This document shows, piece after piece, positions 39,001 to 51,552 of a DNA stretch of 64,000 nucleotides (position 1 is its first letter; every line of letters begins with the position of its first letter). The position numbers were made by a program, and so were the translations under genes. Source of the stretch: Ptychomitrium polyphyllum (lineage: Eukaryota); contig OZ316775.1 of NCBI GenBank assembly GCA_973851085.1, positions 18,414,001 through 18,478,000 on the forward strand. Reading direction: 5' to 3'. The notes beneath the pieces are model-generated. The model did not search any database. It was not told the DNA's origin and worked only from the letters and a program-made list of their open reading frames with translations.

Positions 39001-42000
39001 GTTACCGCCAAGAAGAGAAGTAGATCACAAAATTGAAGTGATACCGGGAACAGAGCCCCCTTCAAAGGCTCCATACCGGTTGAACCAAAAAGAGCTAGAG
39101 GAGTTGAAGAAGCAATTGAATGACTTGTTGGAAAGAGGCTATGTTATGCCAAGTAAGTTGTCATATGGAGCACCGGTCCTCTTTGTAGACAAAAATGATG
39201 GCAAGCTCCGCATGTGTGTCGACTATAGAGCCTTGAATAAGGCCACCATCAAGAACAACTATCCTTTGTCTCGCATTGATGACCTCTTTGATAGATTGGC
39301 GGGAGCTAAATACTTTAGTCGGATAGACTTGAAGTCGGGCTATTATCAAATCCGCATTGCGGATGAAGATGTGCCAAAGACCGCATGCCGCACTAGGTAT
39401 GGGTCCTATGAATTTTTGGTGATGCCATTCGGGTTGTGTAATGCTCCTTTGACGTTCACGACCCTCATGAATACCATCTTTCGAGAAGAGATGGATGACT
39501 TTGTCATTGTTTATATTGATGACATCTTGGTGTACTCCAAGTCGGCGGAGGAACATGTAAGACACCTTGAAGTGGTGCTTCAAAAACTTAGGGACCACAA
39601 ACTTTATGCCAATGGAGAAAAGAGTGAGTTTGCTCAACTTGAGATTGAGTTCTTGGGCCATATAGTGACGGATGATGGAATCAAGCCGGACATAAGGAAG
39701 ATAAAGGCAATTAGAGAGTGGAAACAACCTTCTACACAAAAGGGGCTGAGATCATTTCTTGGCCTAGCAAATTATTATAGGAGGTTCATACGCAACTTCT
39801 CCAAAATTGCTAGACCTTTGTCCGACTTGTTGAAGAAAGGAGCTAGCCAAATATGGGATGGATTTTGTCACCAAGCTTTTCAAGAACTCAAGGATAAGTT
39901 GTCACAACCGCCGGTATTGAAGTTTCCCGAGTTTGAAAAGCCCTTTGAGGTCCACACGGATGCAAGTGACTTTGCCATTGGCGGAGTTCTCATGCAAGAA
40001 GGCATGCCAATTGCCTATGAGAGCAAGAAGTTGGATGGGTGCCAGAAGAGGTGGCCCACGCACGAGAAAGAACTCTTTGTGTAGTGCATTGTTTGAAAAC
40101 ATGGCGGCACTACTTGGACCTACATAAAACCAAAGTCTACACGGACAATGTGTCCTTGAAGTACTTTGAGTCGTAGGCACAAATGAGTGCAAAACAATTG
40201 AGGTGGCATGACACCTTAGCACTCATGAATGTGGATTTGATCCACAAGTCAGGGCGTGACAATGTAGTGCCGGATGCTCTAAATAGGCGGAAGGAGTTGC
40301 AAGCGATGGGCACAACCCAAGTCCTGCGAGCAATGTACAAGGGAGAAGGCAATTTGGAAAGGAAGATAAGAGAGAGGTACATGAAGGACTCCGAAGCACA
40401 AAGGCTTCTCGGCGAGCTTAAGAAGGGTAAGAAACTTAAGGAAATTAAGTTGGAGAAGGGATTACTCAAGTACAAACAAAATCGGGTGTATGTGCCTCAA
40501 GAAAAACTACGGTTGTTGGTTTTGAAAGAAGAACACGATAGTCCCATAGTCGGCCATAGAGGGAAAAAACCACCATAGCGGCGGTGTCAAGAAGGTACTA
40601 TTGGCCGGGCATGAAAGCGGACATCACCAACTTTGTGAAAACTTGTGTGAAGTGCCAGCTCAATAGAGCCTCTTATCAAAAGCAAGCCGGCCTACTACAA
40701 CCTTTGCCAATTCCGTCGGGTCCATGGCATAGCGTGTCCATGGACTTCATCACAAGTCTTCCGGATTCGCACGGGCATGATGCCATCTTTGTGATGGTGG
40801 ATCGCTTTAGCAAGTTGGCGCACATGGTGCCAACTAGAGGAACCGTAACTGCACATGAGACCGCAAAGCTATTCCTCGATGCATGGTGGAAACACCACGG
40901 GTTGCCAAGAGTGATTGTGTCAGACCAAGATCCAAAATTCACTAGTGCTTTTTGGAAACATTTCTTTAGGAAAGTTGGAACCAAATTGACGTTTAGCACT
41001 GCCTTCCATCCTCAAACGGATGGGCAAACGGAACGAGTGAACGGAGTCTTGAACCAATACTTGAGGAACTTTGTGAGTGCGGACCAGTGCGATTGAGTGG
41101 AATATGTGAATCTTGCGGAGTTCAGTTACAATGCGGCCAACCATTCGGCGACAAAGCAGTCGCCATTTAAGGTGGCCTATGGAGTGGAGCCACTCCAGCC
41201 TGCCGACTTAGCTCTTAAAGGAGCACATTCAACACTAGAGTTTAACTAAGATGGTGAGGACTTGGCCAAAAAGCGAGAACAGATGTTGGAGAAGACCAAG
41301 CTTTTGTTGGAAAAGGCACAAAAGCGGTACGAGAAACAAGTCAATGCCGGGAGACGTGAAGTAGAGTATGAAGTAGGCCAAAAGATATTGTTGAATGTGA
41401 AGAACTTTAGCCTGCCCGAAGGCCTCACTCCAAAGTTCATGTCCAAGTTTGCAGGGCCGTTTTCCATTGTGGAGCGGATGTTTAAAGATGTGTAGAAGTT
41501 GGAGCTACCACCCGAAATCAAAGTGCATCCAACATTTCATGTCTCACTCCTTAAGCCATTCAAAAAAGATACGTTGTGGCCCAATCGCAAACAAGTGATT
41601 CGGCCACCGCCGGAATTGGTGGGAGACCACTTGGAATACGAAGTAGAAGGAATTCTCAAGTGTAGGCACCACAAGAAAGTAGGAAAAGAGTATTTGGTGA
41701 AGTGGAGAGGGTACCATGAAAAGGAAGCAACTTGGGTAGCTCCCAAGGACTTGGGAAATGCCAATGAAGTGGTGGAGCGCTTTGAAAGGGATAGGAACTC
41801 CAACAAAAGACAACGTCGGCATTGATGAGGACATCAATCTCTTTTAGTAGGGGTAGAGAGGCTTGTAGCAGTAATTTCTTCACATCATGTATTGGTTCTT
41901 TGACTTATGGCAATAAAGTTCAAGTTTTGTGTGTGCAAAGAGAAGAGTATAAGATGACGTCCTAGTCTTGTGCTTGTGCTAAGTTGGTAGAAGAAGGGGA

Positions 42001-43760
42001 ATAGACATGTGAAACCAAGTTGAGAAGGCCGAGTAATGGGGACCAAGGCTGGGAGGAGGAATGGTTAAAACCACGAAACCTCCTCGCCTCGGGCTTGTGC
42101 ATGCGAGGACAAGGTAATGGCGCGTGCTCATAAAAGCGCCACTCCTACAAACTAACAAAAGTTAGTGCATGGGAGTCATGAACCCATGTCTCAATAGAGA
42201 TAGTGGGATCCAGGTTGGGCGGAACTTGGCATTACCCCCATGCGATCGAATCGTGGAATAAAAGCCACCTTGGGTTTGCAACCAAGACAACTTGGTGGAG
42301 CATTGAGGTCCAACCTAGTCAAAAAGGAAGAGTTAGGACAGTGCAGTTCAACTAGGGAGTGTATCCCAAGAGGGTCTCAAAGTAGGTAGGTCTAGAATAG
42401 TTTAGATCCCCAAAGATTTTTGTCTAGAGTGCCTAAACAGACCACCTCCTAAATGACAACTTTGACACATTGCCAAAGACTTATGAGTGCAATGTGGGGG
42501 TTGCACCCTGGCTGAAACACAATGCTGCATCACTAGAGGATGGCAACCTTGGAATTGGTGTGCCGACTACAAATATAGTTGATGAGGGCTTCGACTCCAT
42601 TGGGGTGGAGGTGAGTGTCGCGCACCTCTCTCTGAGGAGTGCCCGCAACACTAAGGGCACAAAGGAGACCCCGAAGTGACGTCCGGGACTTGTGGCGCCA
42701 ATAGTGAGGAGAATCGAGTGGGCCTAACATGGGAAGGACCACTAAGGGGAGAAACATCCTTGCCCATGTAGATCGAGGGCCACGAGGGATAAATCATGAG
42801 CATTGAAGGAATCACAAAGAGCTGATTCTAGAATGCTAAGGATTGCCCAAATCGGACAAGGGAGCTAAAAGTTATGGCACCCCAAAGTTGGAGTTGCCAA
42901 GGGGCTGTTCTGGAGTGTGGCAGCCCTACACAGTGACTGTGCTGGAGTGGGGTAGTCCACGGAGGGACTCCCCGGGAGTCCCGAACCTTGGGAGAGGCGT
43001 ATCTTCCACAATACTAACTCAAATCGGACGTTTGAGGAGTCTATTGGCATCTATGCAAAGAGTAAATGACGATAGAGTGGTTGCTTGATACATTTGGGCA
43101 CCAAATGAGGAAGATATGACGCCCTGAAGGTCCGCTGGGAGTCCCGGAGGCTTCCAACAGCTAAGTCCCAAGGGGAATCGGGTGGTCTTCCAAAACTCTA
43201 GGTGTGTCGGAGTTCAGCTGGCTGTAGAGGGCCAGGGGGCCTGCCAAATCCCACAGAGAGTACTATAAGGGAGGGTTGGTCCCCCTCCCCACTCCCCTAG
43301 TGTCCCGGTAGAGACCAAGGGTGAGTCCCGGTTGGTGGAGCTAATGTTGGGGCTTCACCACGGGGACTTCCACACCATTGTGAGTCGGTGGACGGCCGGT
43401 TTCACAAAGGGAACTAGCACGTTCAAAAGGGTACGCTTGTTACCACTAAATTGGGGTTTTGTCTTCACGCCGGCACCATGATGGCCCGGGGTGATCTTAG
43501 GATCACTTGGGCATCATGAATGGTGGTGAGGAGAGACCACTAAGTGCGGTTAGGCCGTGTGGAATGGGAGTAACACCAAGTGAGGCCTTGGACATGAATG
43601 GAAGTCCGCACCTAACCATTGACTACTAATAAATTGGGTGTCCTAAGAGAAATGGTAGAAAGACTTGGAAAGTGAGAATGGGGGTTAACCATGTGCATGT
43701 GGGGGTGTACAGGGTTGACGCGCGTGACGCTTGCTAAGGTGCATTGCAAGGGTTGCGATA
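36002..43760 (+). mobile_element. Full-length Ty3/gypsy chromovirus (family D, Galadriel-like), youngest layer
   Basis: LTRs 36002-37146 and 42616-43760 (both 1145 bp, about 17 differences by eye). Perfect TSD TCCTC. PBS TGGTATCAGAGC (tRNA-iMet 3' end) at 37149-37160; PPT GGGGTGGAGGTGAG at 42602-42615. Confidence 0.98.
37199..41825 (+). pseudogene. gag-pol polyprotein of the family D element (gag, PR, RT, RH, IN, chromodomain), broken from RNase H onward
   Basis: [68 protein letters not shown]. Frameshifts at about 40080 and 40565; stops at 40174, 41094, about 41247 and 41493. Confidence 0.95.
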
Positions 43761-45896
43761 TCCTCCCTCTCTCCTCTCTCGGTCTAGTAACAATTTCGAG
43801 CAAAATGACCTGGTTTTTTACACACAAAGCATGTTTCAAGATTTGGACGTTAATTAGAGTCGGTGACTTTGCCTTGCCTCAAGAAGAGGGCCTAGTTTTC
43901 ACTTGAAGTTGCCTTCTCCTTCCTCTTGGTCTCCTCGTGGCTCAATCTCGCCGTCACATAGTCCATGGTGAGGTCCTTTATGGGAATGGACTCCAAGGCT
44001 ACTATGAGATAGCTATAGGACTTTGGCAAGCTCATAAGCAATGTAATCACAACATCCAAATCCTCCAAGGGCTTATTTACAATGGTAAGTTGCCTTGCAA
44101 GGGCCTTCAACTTATTCCCATCCACCATGAGGTCGTGCCTTTCTTCCATCTTGCAATTCAAGAACTTCTTCTTTGTAACGATGATGCTGGAGAGGTTCTT
44201 GTTCTTATAGATGTTGCAAAGCGTCTTCCACGCTTCTGCAGGTCTTTTACAAGAGATAATATTGAAAAAGTTGGCATCATCAAGGTTAGTGGCAAGGAAG
44301 CCAAAAACCTTCATCTCACGACGTTGGAGCTCCTTCTTCTCCTTTGCATCCGCCAATAATGGTGGAGCAGCCTCACTCTCATCTATAATGTCCCAAAGGT
44401 CCAAAGAAGCCAGCAAGAACTCCATCCTAACCTTCCATTGGTAGAAGTTCTCACCATGAAAATTTTGAATGACCCTCAAACCTTCACCTTCATTTAAAGC
44501 CATGCCTTAAGAAGAGAGGTAATAACTGTATTTCCAAACAAACTATTTCCTTGACTCCTATACTTCTTACAAGTTTTTACAACTATGAGTCTAAAAATAA
44601 GCCTTTTCAACTCAGTATGTCCACTCAATAAGCACTCTTGTCAAAGAGTTCTCAAGACAACAACACCAAGCACAATAAGATGGTGTTAGAGAACTTGAAT
44701 TCCAACAAAGACTCTATTAAGGTCTTATCATCACTCAAAGCAATTTACTATCCAAGGAGTTTCAACATCCACAATCCTACAAGAGCTCAAAAACATCAAA
44801 CTAAACACTTACATGTGCAAAACCTCAAAGTTAGGCAATTCTAACTTTGTCTTCAATAACTACCAAGTGATCTTGCTCCACACAAAAATAACAACTACAA
44901 ACACTTCAAGCTACTTCAAAAGGCAAAATTAAGTGTGAATGGGCCCATAACCTAATCAAGAAATGCAATAAAGCTAGTACAACAAGCATGAAGAGAGAAC
45001 AAAGTTGCAACAAGAGAAGTGTGGAGCAAGATGACTCCCACTTCTAAAATCCTTTTACTTATACTTTAGAGTCATTCACCAAAGTGTGCCACTTGGCAAC
45101 CATGCATTTGCCTCTACTAATGAGTGCCATATGGTGGCCAATCCTAGCCGTCGTGGCTGCCATACCCGTCGCCCTAACTCTAATGGCCGCCCTAACTCTA
45201 ACAGCCGCTATAACCTTAACGGCCGCTCTAACCCAAGCCGCCATACAAAACCTTTGTTGTTTTTCTTAATTTTAGCTTCTATATCCACTATGGCTTCTTC
45301 TTTGACACCCCTTTGACCATTAGCACCCTATCGAGCTCTAATCCTACACAAGGAAACTTCAACTAAGATCACTTTATATGTTCCACCCTTTTCAACAAAT
45401 CTAGCCCTAAGTTTAAATATTTGTTGCTCAAAAAGACTAAGTAGTGTGCTCCAAACTAACTCTTGTTTGCTAAAAAAAACTAAGTATATTTTAGGCCACT
45501 TGATCCTAATTTATACTTTGACTTTTCCCTAAATGTAGTTGCTGTTTTTTATTTAGCTATTTTTAAAATTTAACTATTGTTCTAAAATCAGCAGCAAATG
45601 TAGATTTTCACTATCATTCTAAATTTAGCTACAATTCTAAAATCAGCTGCAATTTTAGATTTTTACTATCATTCTAAATTTAGATGCAATTCTAAAATCA
45701 ACAGCAATTTTAGATTTTCACTATTGTTCTAAATTTAGTTGCAGTTCTAAAGTCAGTAGAAGTTCTATCCAAGTTGTAGATATCATCTTGTCTTCTATAA
45801 TTCCATTCTTGCATTGGCTTTAAGTGCCATGGACCATGAAGATCTGCCTACTCACCCTTTATTTTCCTTAATAACAACTATAATCCAACTTGGACA

Positions 45897-48800
45897 AGCT
45901 CATCGCAAGCTCTTTATGTGTAAAATGCAAGATGGTGATGATATATTGGACCATGTCAACAAGATCAAGGCGCTTGTATATCAACTTGCTTGCTTGGACC
46001 ACCCCATCAGAGATGAGGAAATTGTTGTCATCTTGCTTGAGAGTTTGTCACCCTCCTACAAGCACTTGATTGTAGATTTGGAGACTGTGCCCACTAAAGA
46101 ACTCAAGATGGATTTTGTCACCTTGCGATTGGTGCATAAAGAGTCCAAGAAGAGGGAGAAGGAGCGCCTAGGTGATGATGCTGCCATGGTGTCACGCCAA
46201 GGCAAATGGAGCAATCCATCAACACGGGGATATCCATCACCACGTGGCAATCCATCAACATTGGGCAAAGATACCAGGATTTGCTACAATTGTGATAAAC
46301 CAGGCCACCTTATTTGAAATTGCTACAAGGCTAAAAGAAGCAAGAGGGAGAATGTCAATAATGTGATGGACCACCTTAGAGGAGATGATTGTGACTTGAT
46401 GGCAAGAAAAGGGATGTCCATGGCTCCCTTATCTAAGTGGATAATGGATTCGGATGCTACAAAGCACATGACGCCTCATAGGTGCTCTTTTGACACTTAT
46501 GAGGCCATTTCAGCCACTACTGTGCTCATCGGTGATGATGGTGTGGTGGAAGCCGTTGGAATGGGGTGCGTTGTGGTGGAGGTTTTTATAGGAGGCAAGT
46601 TGAAGCGCATGACGTTCAAGGACGTACTCCACGTGCCAGAGATGAAGTCCAACCTTCTTTCGGTGAGAAAAATTATGATGAGAGGGTTCATAGTGCATTT
46701 TAATATAGATGGGTATTTTGTGAGGTCTTCCAAGGGAGAGGTGGTTGCTACGAGCTCAAGAGATGGCAACATATACTTCATCAAGTGTAAGAAGGTGAAT
46801 GGAATGGAAGTGGCTGTCTTTGCTAAATTTCCTCAAGATGAAGATAAATTTGGCATTTGGCATTGCCGCATTAGCCACTTGAATGTGAAGAGCATGAAAG
46901 AGCTGCAATCCATGGTGACTGGCTTAGACCTTGGCAAAATGTGCTCCAAGTCTCATGTACATGCTTGTGAGGATTGCATTCAAGGCAAACAACACATGGC
47001 TTTTTTTCCAAGTGGAGTTGTAATACGTGCCACCAAGTTGTTGGAGATTGTGCATTCGGATGTGTGTGGATCCATGAGGACCACATTATTGCGAGGGGCA
47101 AGGTATTTTGTCACCTTCATTGATGACTTCTCAAGGAAGGTGTGGGTGTTCATTTTCAAGGCCAAGAGCAAGTGCTTTTCAAGGTTCAAGGAATTCAAGG
47201 CACTTGTGGAGAACCAAAGTGGGTGCAAGATCAAAGTGTTGTGCACAAACAATGGTGGTGAGTTCCTCTCCAAGCACTTTGATGGTTTCTTGAAAGGTGA
47301 AGGTATTGCGAGGCAAACCTCCGCTCCATACACTCCGCAACAAAATCGAATAGCTGAGAAGGCCAACCGCACTATTGTAGATATGGCAAGGAGCATGCTG
47401 CATGTCCAACACCTCAAGCATGAATTGTGGGCGGAAGCAATGGTGAATGCAGTGTATACCAGGAATAGGTGCTCCACAAGTGCTCTTGCATGCATGACTC
47501 CTAAGCAAGCTTGGAGTAGCAAGAGGCCTTGTGTCTCCTACATGAAGACCTTTGGATGCATTGCACATGCAAAGGTGCTCAATTGTATGAAGTCCAAGCT
47601 TGATGCAAAAGGTACAAGGTGCATCTTCTTGTGTTATTGTGAAGGCACCAAGGCCTACAAGTTCATGTTTGTGGAGAGTAAGAAGATCATAAAGAGCCGT
47701 GATGTTGAGTTTTTGGAACACAAGAGTGCTTGTGAGCACTTGGAGATGTGTCCAAGTGGGAGTAGAGGTGTGTTTGTGGACACATCTTGCAATCCACGAA
47801 CAGAAGAAGGTGGAGATGTGATTGAAGGTGAAGGGGCAAGGAAGGTGGATAAGAGGGCGTCTTCCACTCCTAAGACAAGCACGAGAGCTTCACAAGATGG
47901 TGAAGCCGTAATTCCTCAAAGAATAGAAGAGGAACTTCTAGAAAAGAGTAGGCTTGATGGAGATGATGCATCATAAGAGGGCCAAGCTGTATCAAGCGAT
48001 AGGAGGTACCTTTTGAGAGAGAAGAGGCTTCTTGGTAAGTAGTGGAAGAACCACATCTTCACCCAAGCAAATGAAGTACATGCAAATGTTGCTCTTTTCT
48101 CAAATCCATTGACTTTGTGTGATGCATTGAAGTCCACGGATGCCATGAAGTGGGAGGAGGCCATGCAAGAGGAATACAAGTCCTTCATGGACAATGTCAC
48201 ATGGGAGTTGACTCCACTTCTTCCAAATCGTGGTTGCATAAGTTGCAAGTGGGTGTTTAGAACCAAGAAGGATGCAATGGATGGTATTGTGAGGCACAAG
48301 GCAAGATTAGTTGCAAAAAAATACTCACAAGTTGCTGGTGTAGACTTCAAAGAGACATTTGCACCTGTAGCCAAATTCACCACCATTAGAACCATCTTGG
48401 CAATTGTTGCAGCCATGGACTTGGAAATCCATCAAATGGACATGAAGACGGCGTTCTTGATTGGCGACTTGCAGGAAGACATCTACATAGAGCAGCATTT
48501 AAGGTTTGTGCATGAAGGCTTGGAGGACCTCGTGTACATGTTGAAGAAGGCCTTGTATGGGCTCAAGCAATCACCAAAGGCATGGTATCAGAGCATCAAT
48601 GCATTTTTTGAAGGAAGGGTTTGTGAGAAGTGAAGCAAACCATTCCTTGTATGTAATGCAGGCCATGGAGTTCTTGATGATTGTAATCCTCTATGTAGAT
48701 GACTTGATCATATTGGCCAACTTCATGGAGAAGTTAAAATTATTGAAGGCCAAGTTAAAAAAGGAATTTGAAATGACTGATTTGGGCAAGCTGCACTATT

Positions 48801-49660
48801 GCCTTGGAATGGAGTTTGTAAGGAATCGTGCAAAGAAGACCATCACTATGAGCTAGAGGAAGTACATTGAGGAAGTGTTGAAGCGGTTCAACATGGAAGA
48901 CTGCAAGCCCATTAGAACTCTATTTAAGGCCAATTTAAAGTTGATGAAGCTTACAAATGAGGAATTTGCAAAAGTGCAAGGCTAAATGCAAGGAATTCCA
49001 TACAAGGCAGGAGTTGAGTCACTCAAGTATGCCATGGTGGGCACAAGATATGATTTGGCGTTTTTGGTGAGTATGGTGAGCCAACATATGTCAAAGGCCA
49101 GCCCTATGCATTGGCCGGCCATTAAGAGGATCATGAGATACTTGTAGGACACCTTAGACTTTGTGTTGTACTTGGGAGGAGATAACATTAAGTTGCAAGG
49201 ATTTTGTGACGCGAATAGGGATGGAGATGCAAATGACAGGAGATCCACAACGGGCTATGTATTTTGTGTTGGAAGGAGAGCAATCTCTTGGAATTGCAAG
49301 AAACAACCTACCATTGCAAGGTCTACAATGGAAGCGGAGTACATGGCAGCAAGTCAAAGTGCAATGGAGGCAATGTAATTGAGGCAACTCTTGGAGGACA
49401 TTGGCCTTGTGCAAATGGATGCAACGTCTATCATGTGTGACAACGAAGGATGCCTTGCATTTGTCAAGAATTCCAAGAACCACTCAAGAACAAAACACAT
49501 CAACATCCAACATCACTTTATAAAAGAGAATATTGAAGATGGAGTGATAGACATGAAGTATTACACAACCAAAGCCATACTTGCTAATTTGCTTACAAAA
49601 AATTTGATAAATGATAGACACCACTTGTTGACGAGGTCACTAGGATTATAAGCCATTCAC
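45897..49660 (+). pseudogene. Copia 2 gag-pol remainder (gag, PR, IN, RT, RH) with stops and frameshifts
   Basis: CYNCDKPGH; WIMDSDATKHMT; VHSDVCG..FIDDFSR..TPQQN; KARLVAK..IHQMDMKTAFL; LYVDDL; RSTTGY; RTKHINIQHHFIKE. Confidence 0.95.
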
Positions 49661-51175
49661 TACTCTCAAAGTGGGAGTGTTGGAGATTAAAGCTTTAGAT
49701 TGCTCGTAGTCATAGAGTTAGTGTGGAATAGAGTTAATAAGTTGGAGAGTGCAAGAAAAAATCCATAATGGTTGAAATAGTGGGTTGAAGAATTATCCCA
49801 TGTTGATTGTAAGACTCATGTAGTTTAAAAAGAATAAAGGGCAAAGTAAGGAGTGGAGTTTGAATCTCACTCCAAGCAATGTTTGCATATCTTATATATT
49901 GTGCTTGTGCAATCTTTTTTCTTCTCTTATTATTTCTCAAATATGTACTGCCCTCAAAACTTGGTTGCATTTTCAATTCTTTCAAAACTTTCAAAAATTA
50001 ATACCATGGTTACATATTAACTCCAAAAGAAGCATGTGATGGCTTTTTTAAAAGCTTACAAAAGAAATCAATTCAAATTAAGAAGTGTACATTGAATTAT
50101 CATCCAAAAAAAAGCTGTCTTTTTATTCAAGTGGGAGAGGCCAAGAGAGAAGAAGAAGGTGGTCTCAAATTGCTACATTTGGCCTTTCTCACTCCACATT
50201 AGCTTTATCTTTCTACATCATTCCTTATCTTCCTTTATTAAGCTCTTATCTAATCATATCTTTAAATAAAAAACAACTCAAATCTTTTTCTTTTGCTTTT
50301 CTTTCTTTTCTTCCTTCTGGTTTAAACTTCTAGATTCAAACTACAAAAGAAGTCAAAATCAACCCTCACAACTCTAAAATAAGAACTAAAAAACTAAAAT
50401 AAATTTAAAAAAATAAGAAAAAGATTTAAATTCAATAAAAAACGAATTAAGAATAATATCACCATCATTGTAAAATCAGACACTAAGCCATAAACTTGGT
50501 TGACTAGATAAATTCCAGCTACTGAATTGGTCCAAGTTTTATTCTTGCCGGATTTGTTGAATAGAATAGCAGCACTTAACTTAGTACTACTAGCAAAAAT
50601 AATAGGTAGGAAAATACTACAATCAATTAGCCTATTCATCTTGAGCTAAGATAATGTGCAGTTCCACCTCTAAGACAAATAAAGATTGTAGTTTCACCAC
50701 AACCTTTTTTAATTCAATAATTTTTTTTTAAATATTTTTTTCTAAATACAATAATTTAAGTTCCACAAAACAACAATTACTAATCAAATTTTAAACTATA
50801 CAATTGAATACATTACAACAACGTAAATTAACTTAGAATAGCAATTGGACTATTTTTATTCTTTGATATTATATATGATTAATTAAAGTCTTGATTATGA
50901 TCTTCAATACTTCAAGGGCATTGATAATGGAATTTAATTTGGCTCCTTTTAAATCAATCACATTGACTTTTCCACCTTCTGGCATAAAAATGAAATGGAA
51001 ACAGATAAAAATTGTTAAATATGCAAAAATCAAAGAAATTCAAGAAGGAATATCACTTCAAAAGAAGGCAATCTGCAACCTCTGGAGTATTATAGTGTTT
51101 TTAAGAAAAATGGTGATTCACTTTCTATTAAGAAAGACTAAGCTATAATATTTTTATATGATAGTTTTGACAAAC

Positions 51176-51552
51176 TTTTAAGGATGGAGTTACGACAAGG
51201 CAAGACTTCAAGATTTCAGAATGTGGAACAAGATATGTTCAAGGTATATTGGAAATAAAGAGCTATAACAAGATACAAAGACAAGGCCAAAAAGTCTAAT
51301 CTAGACCACACGAGATAGATTGTCAAGACTGAAGATCCCTTTAGTCTCAATTTATATATACACTAAAACTTCAAGCTTTGGAAGCTTCTTGAGAAGCCTC
51401 TAGTATATTGCTTCGTACTCAAACAACCTTGAGTTGTTTCCTTGGAAGCTTCCTCAGAATCAAATTTTGAAATAGTACCTTCATAGTAGTATAAACTACT
51501 AGCAAGAAAATTAGATAGACTTCTTAATTTTGGCAAAAATTTGCTTACAACA
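51176..51552 (-). mobile_element. 5' LTR of element E with self-complementary PBS (51163-51175)
   Basis: Minus strand begins TGTTGTAAG. TATA at 51351-51360; organisation like family A LTRs. PBS GTTTGTCAAAACT pairs 11/13 with AGTCTTGACAATC (51318-51330). Confidence 0.65.

Larger units (their letters stand above)
30207..45397 (-). mobile_element. Copia 1: Ty1/copia retrotransposon carrying four nested insertions
   Basis: LTRs 44953-45397 and 30207-30580. TSD AACCT/AATCT. PBS GGTTATGGGCCCA (44940-44952); PPT AAAGTGGAAG (30581-30590). Gag 43892-44503, PR 35489-35996, IN 34473-35464, RT 32770-33929, RH 30599-31100. Confidence 0.93.
29223..45896 (+). mobile_element. Element C: non-coding LTR-like insert (29223-30206 plus 45403-45896) in copia 2 gag
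   Basis: Begins TGTAAGCC where gag breaks and ends ..TTGGACA where gag resumes. Internal tandem repeats at about 45580-45760. No TSD; part of gag is missing. Confidence 0.55.
28344..49943 (+). mobile_element. Copia 2: Ty1/copia retrotransposon, disrupted
   Basis: LTRs 28344-28608 and 49678-49943. Perfect TSD TGTAC. Decayed PBS AGTTATGGATCCAC; PPT AAAGTGGGAG. Gag starts about 29070 (MASFDGANAKVVDKFNGENF) and resumes about 45897. Confidence 0.92.
27779..50820 (-). mobile_element. Family B solo LTR split by copia 2 (pieces 27779-28338 and 49944-50820)
   Basis: The halves rejoin across TSD TGTAC (CTCCAAAATATACTA-TGTAC-TGCCCTCAAAAC) and match the reverse complement of about 19943-19976. Confidence 0.85.

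Noticed and set aside
46205..46266. 18-bp coding repeats in copia 2 gag (SNPST-RGYPSP-RGNPST)
   Set aside because: Ordinary slippage in the low-complexity linker before the zinc knuckle.
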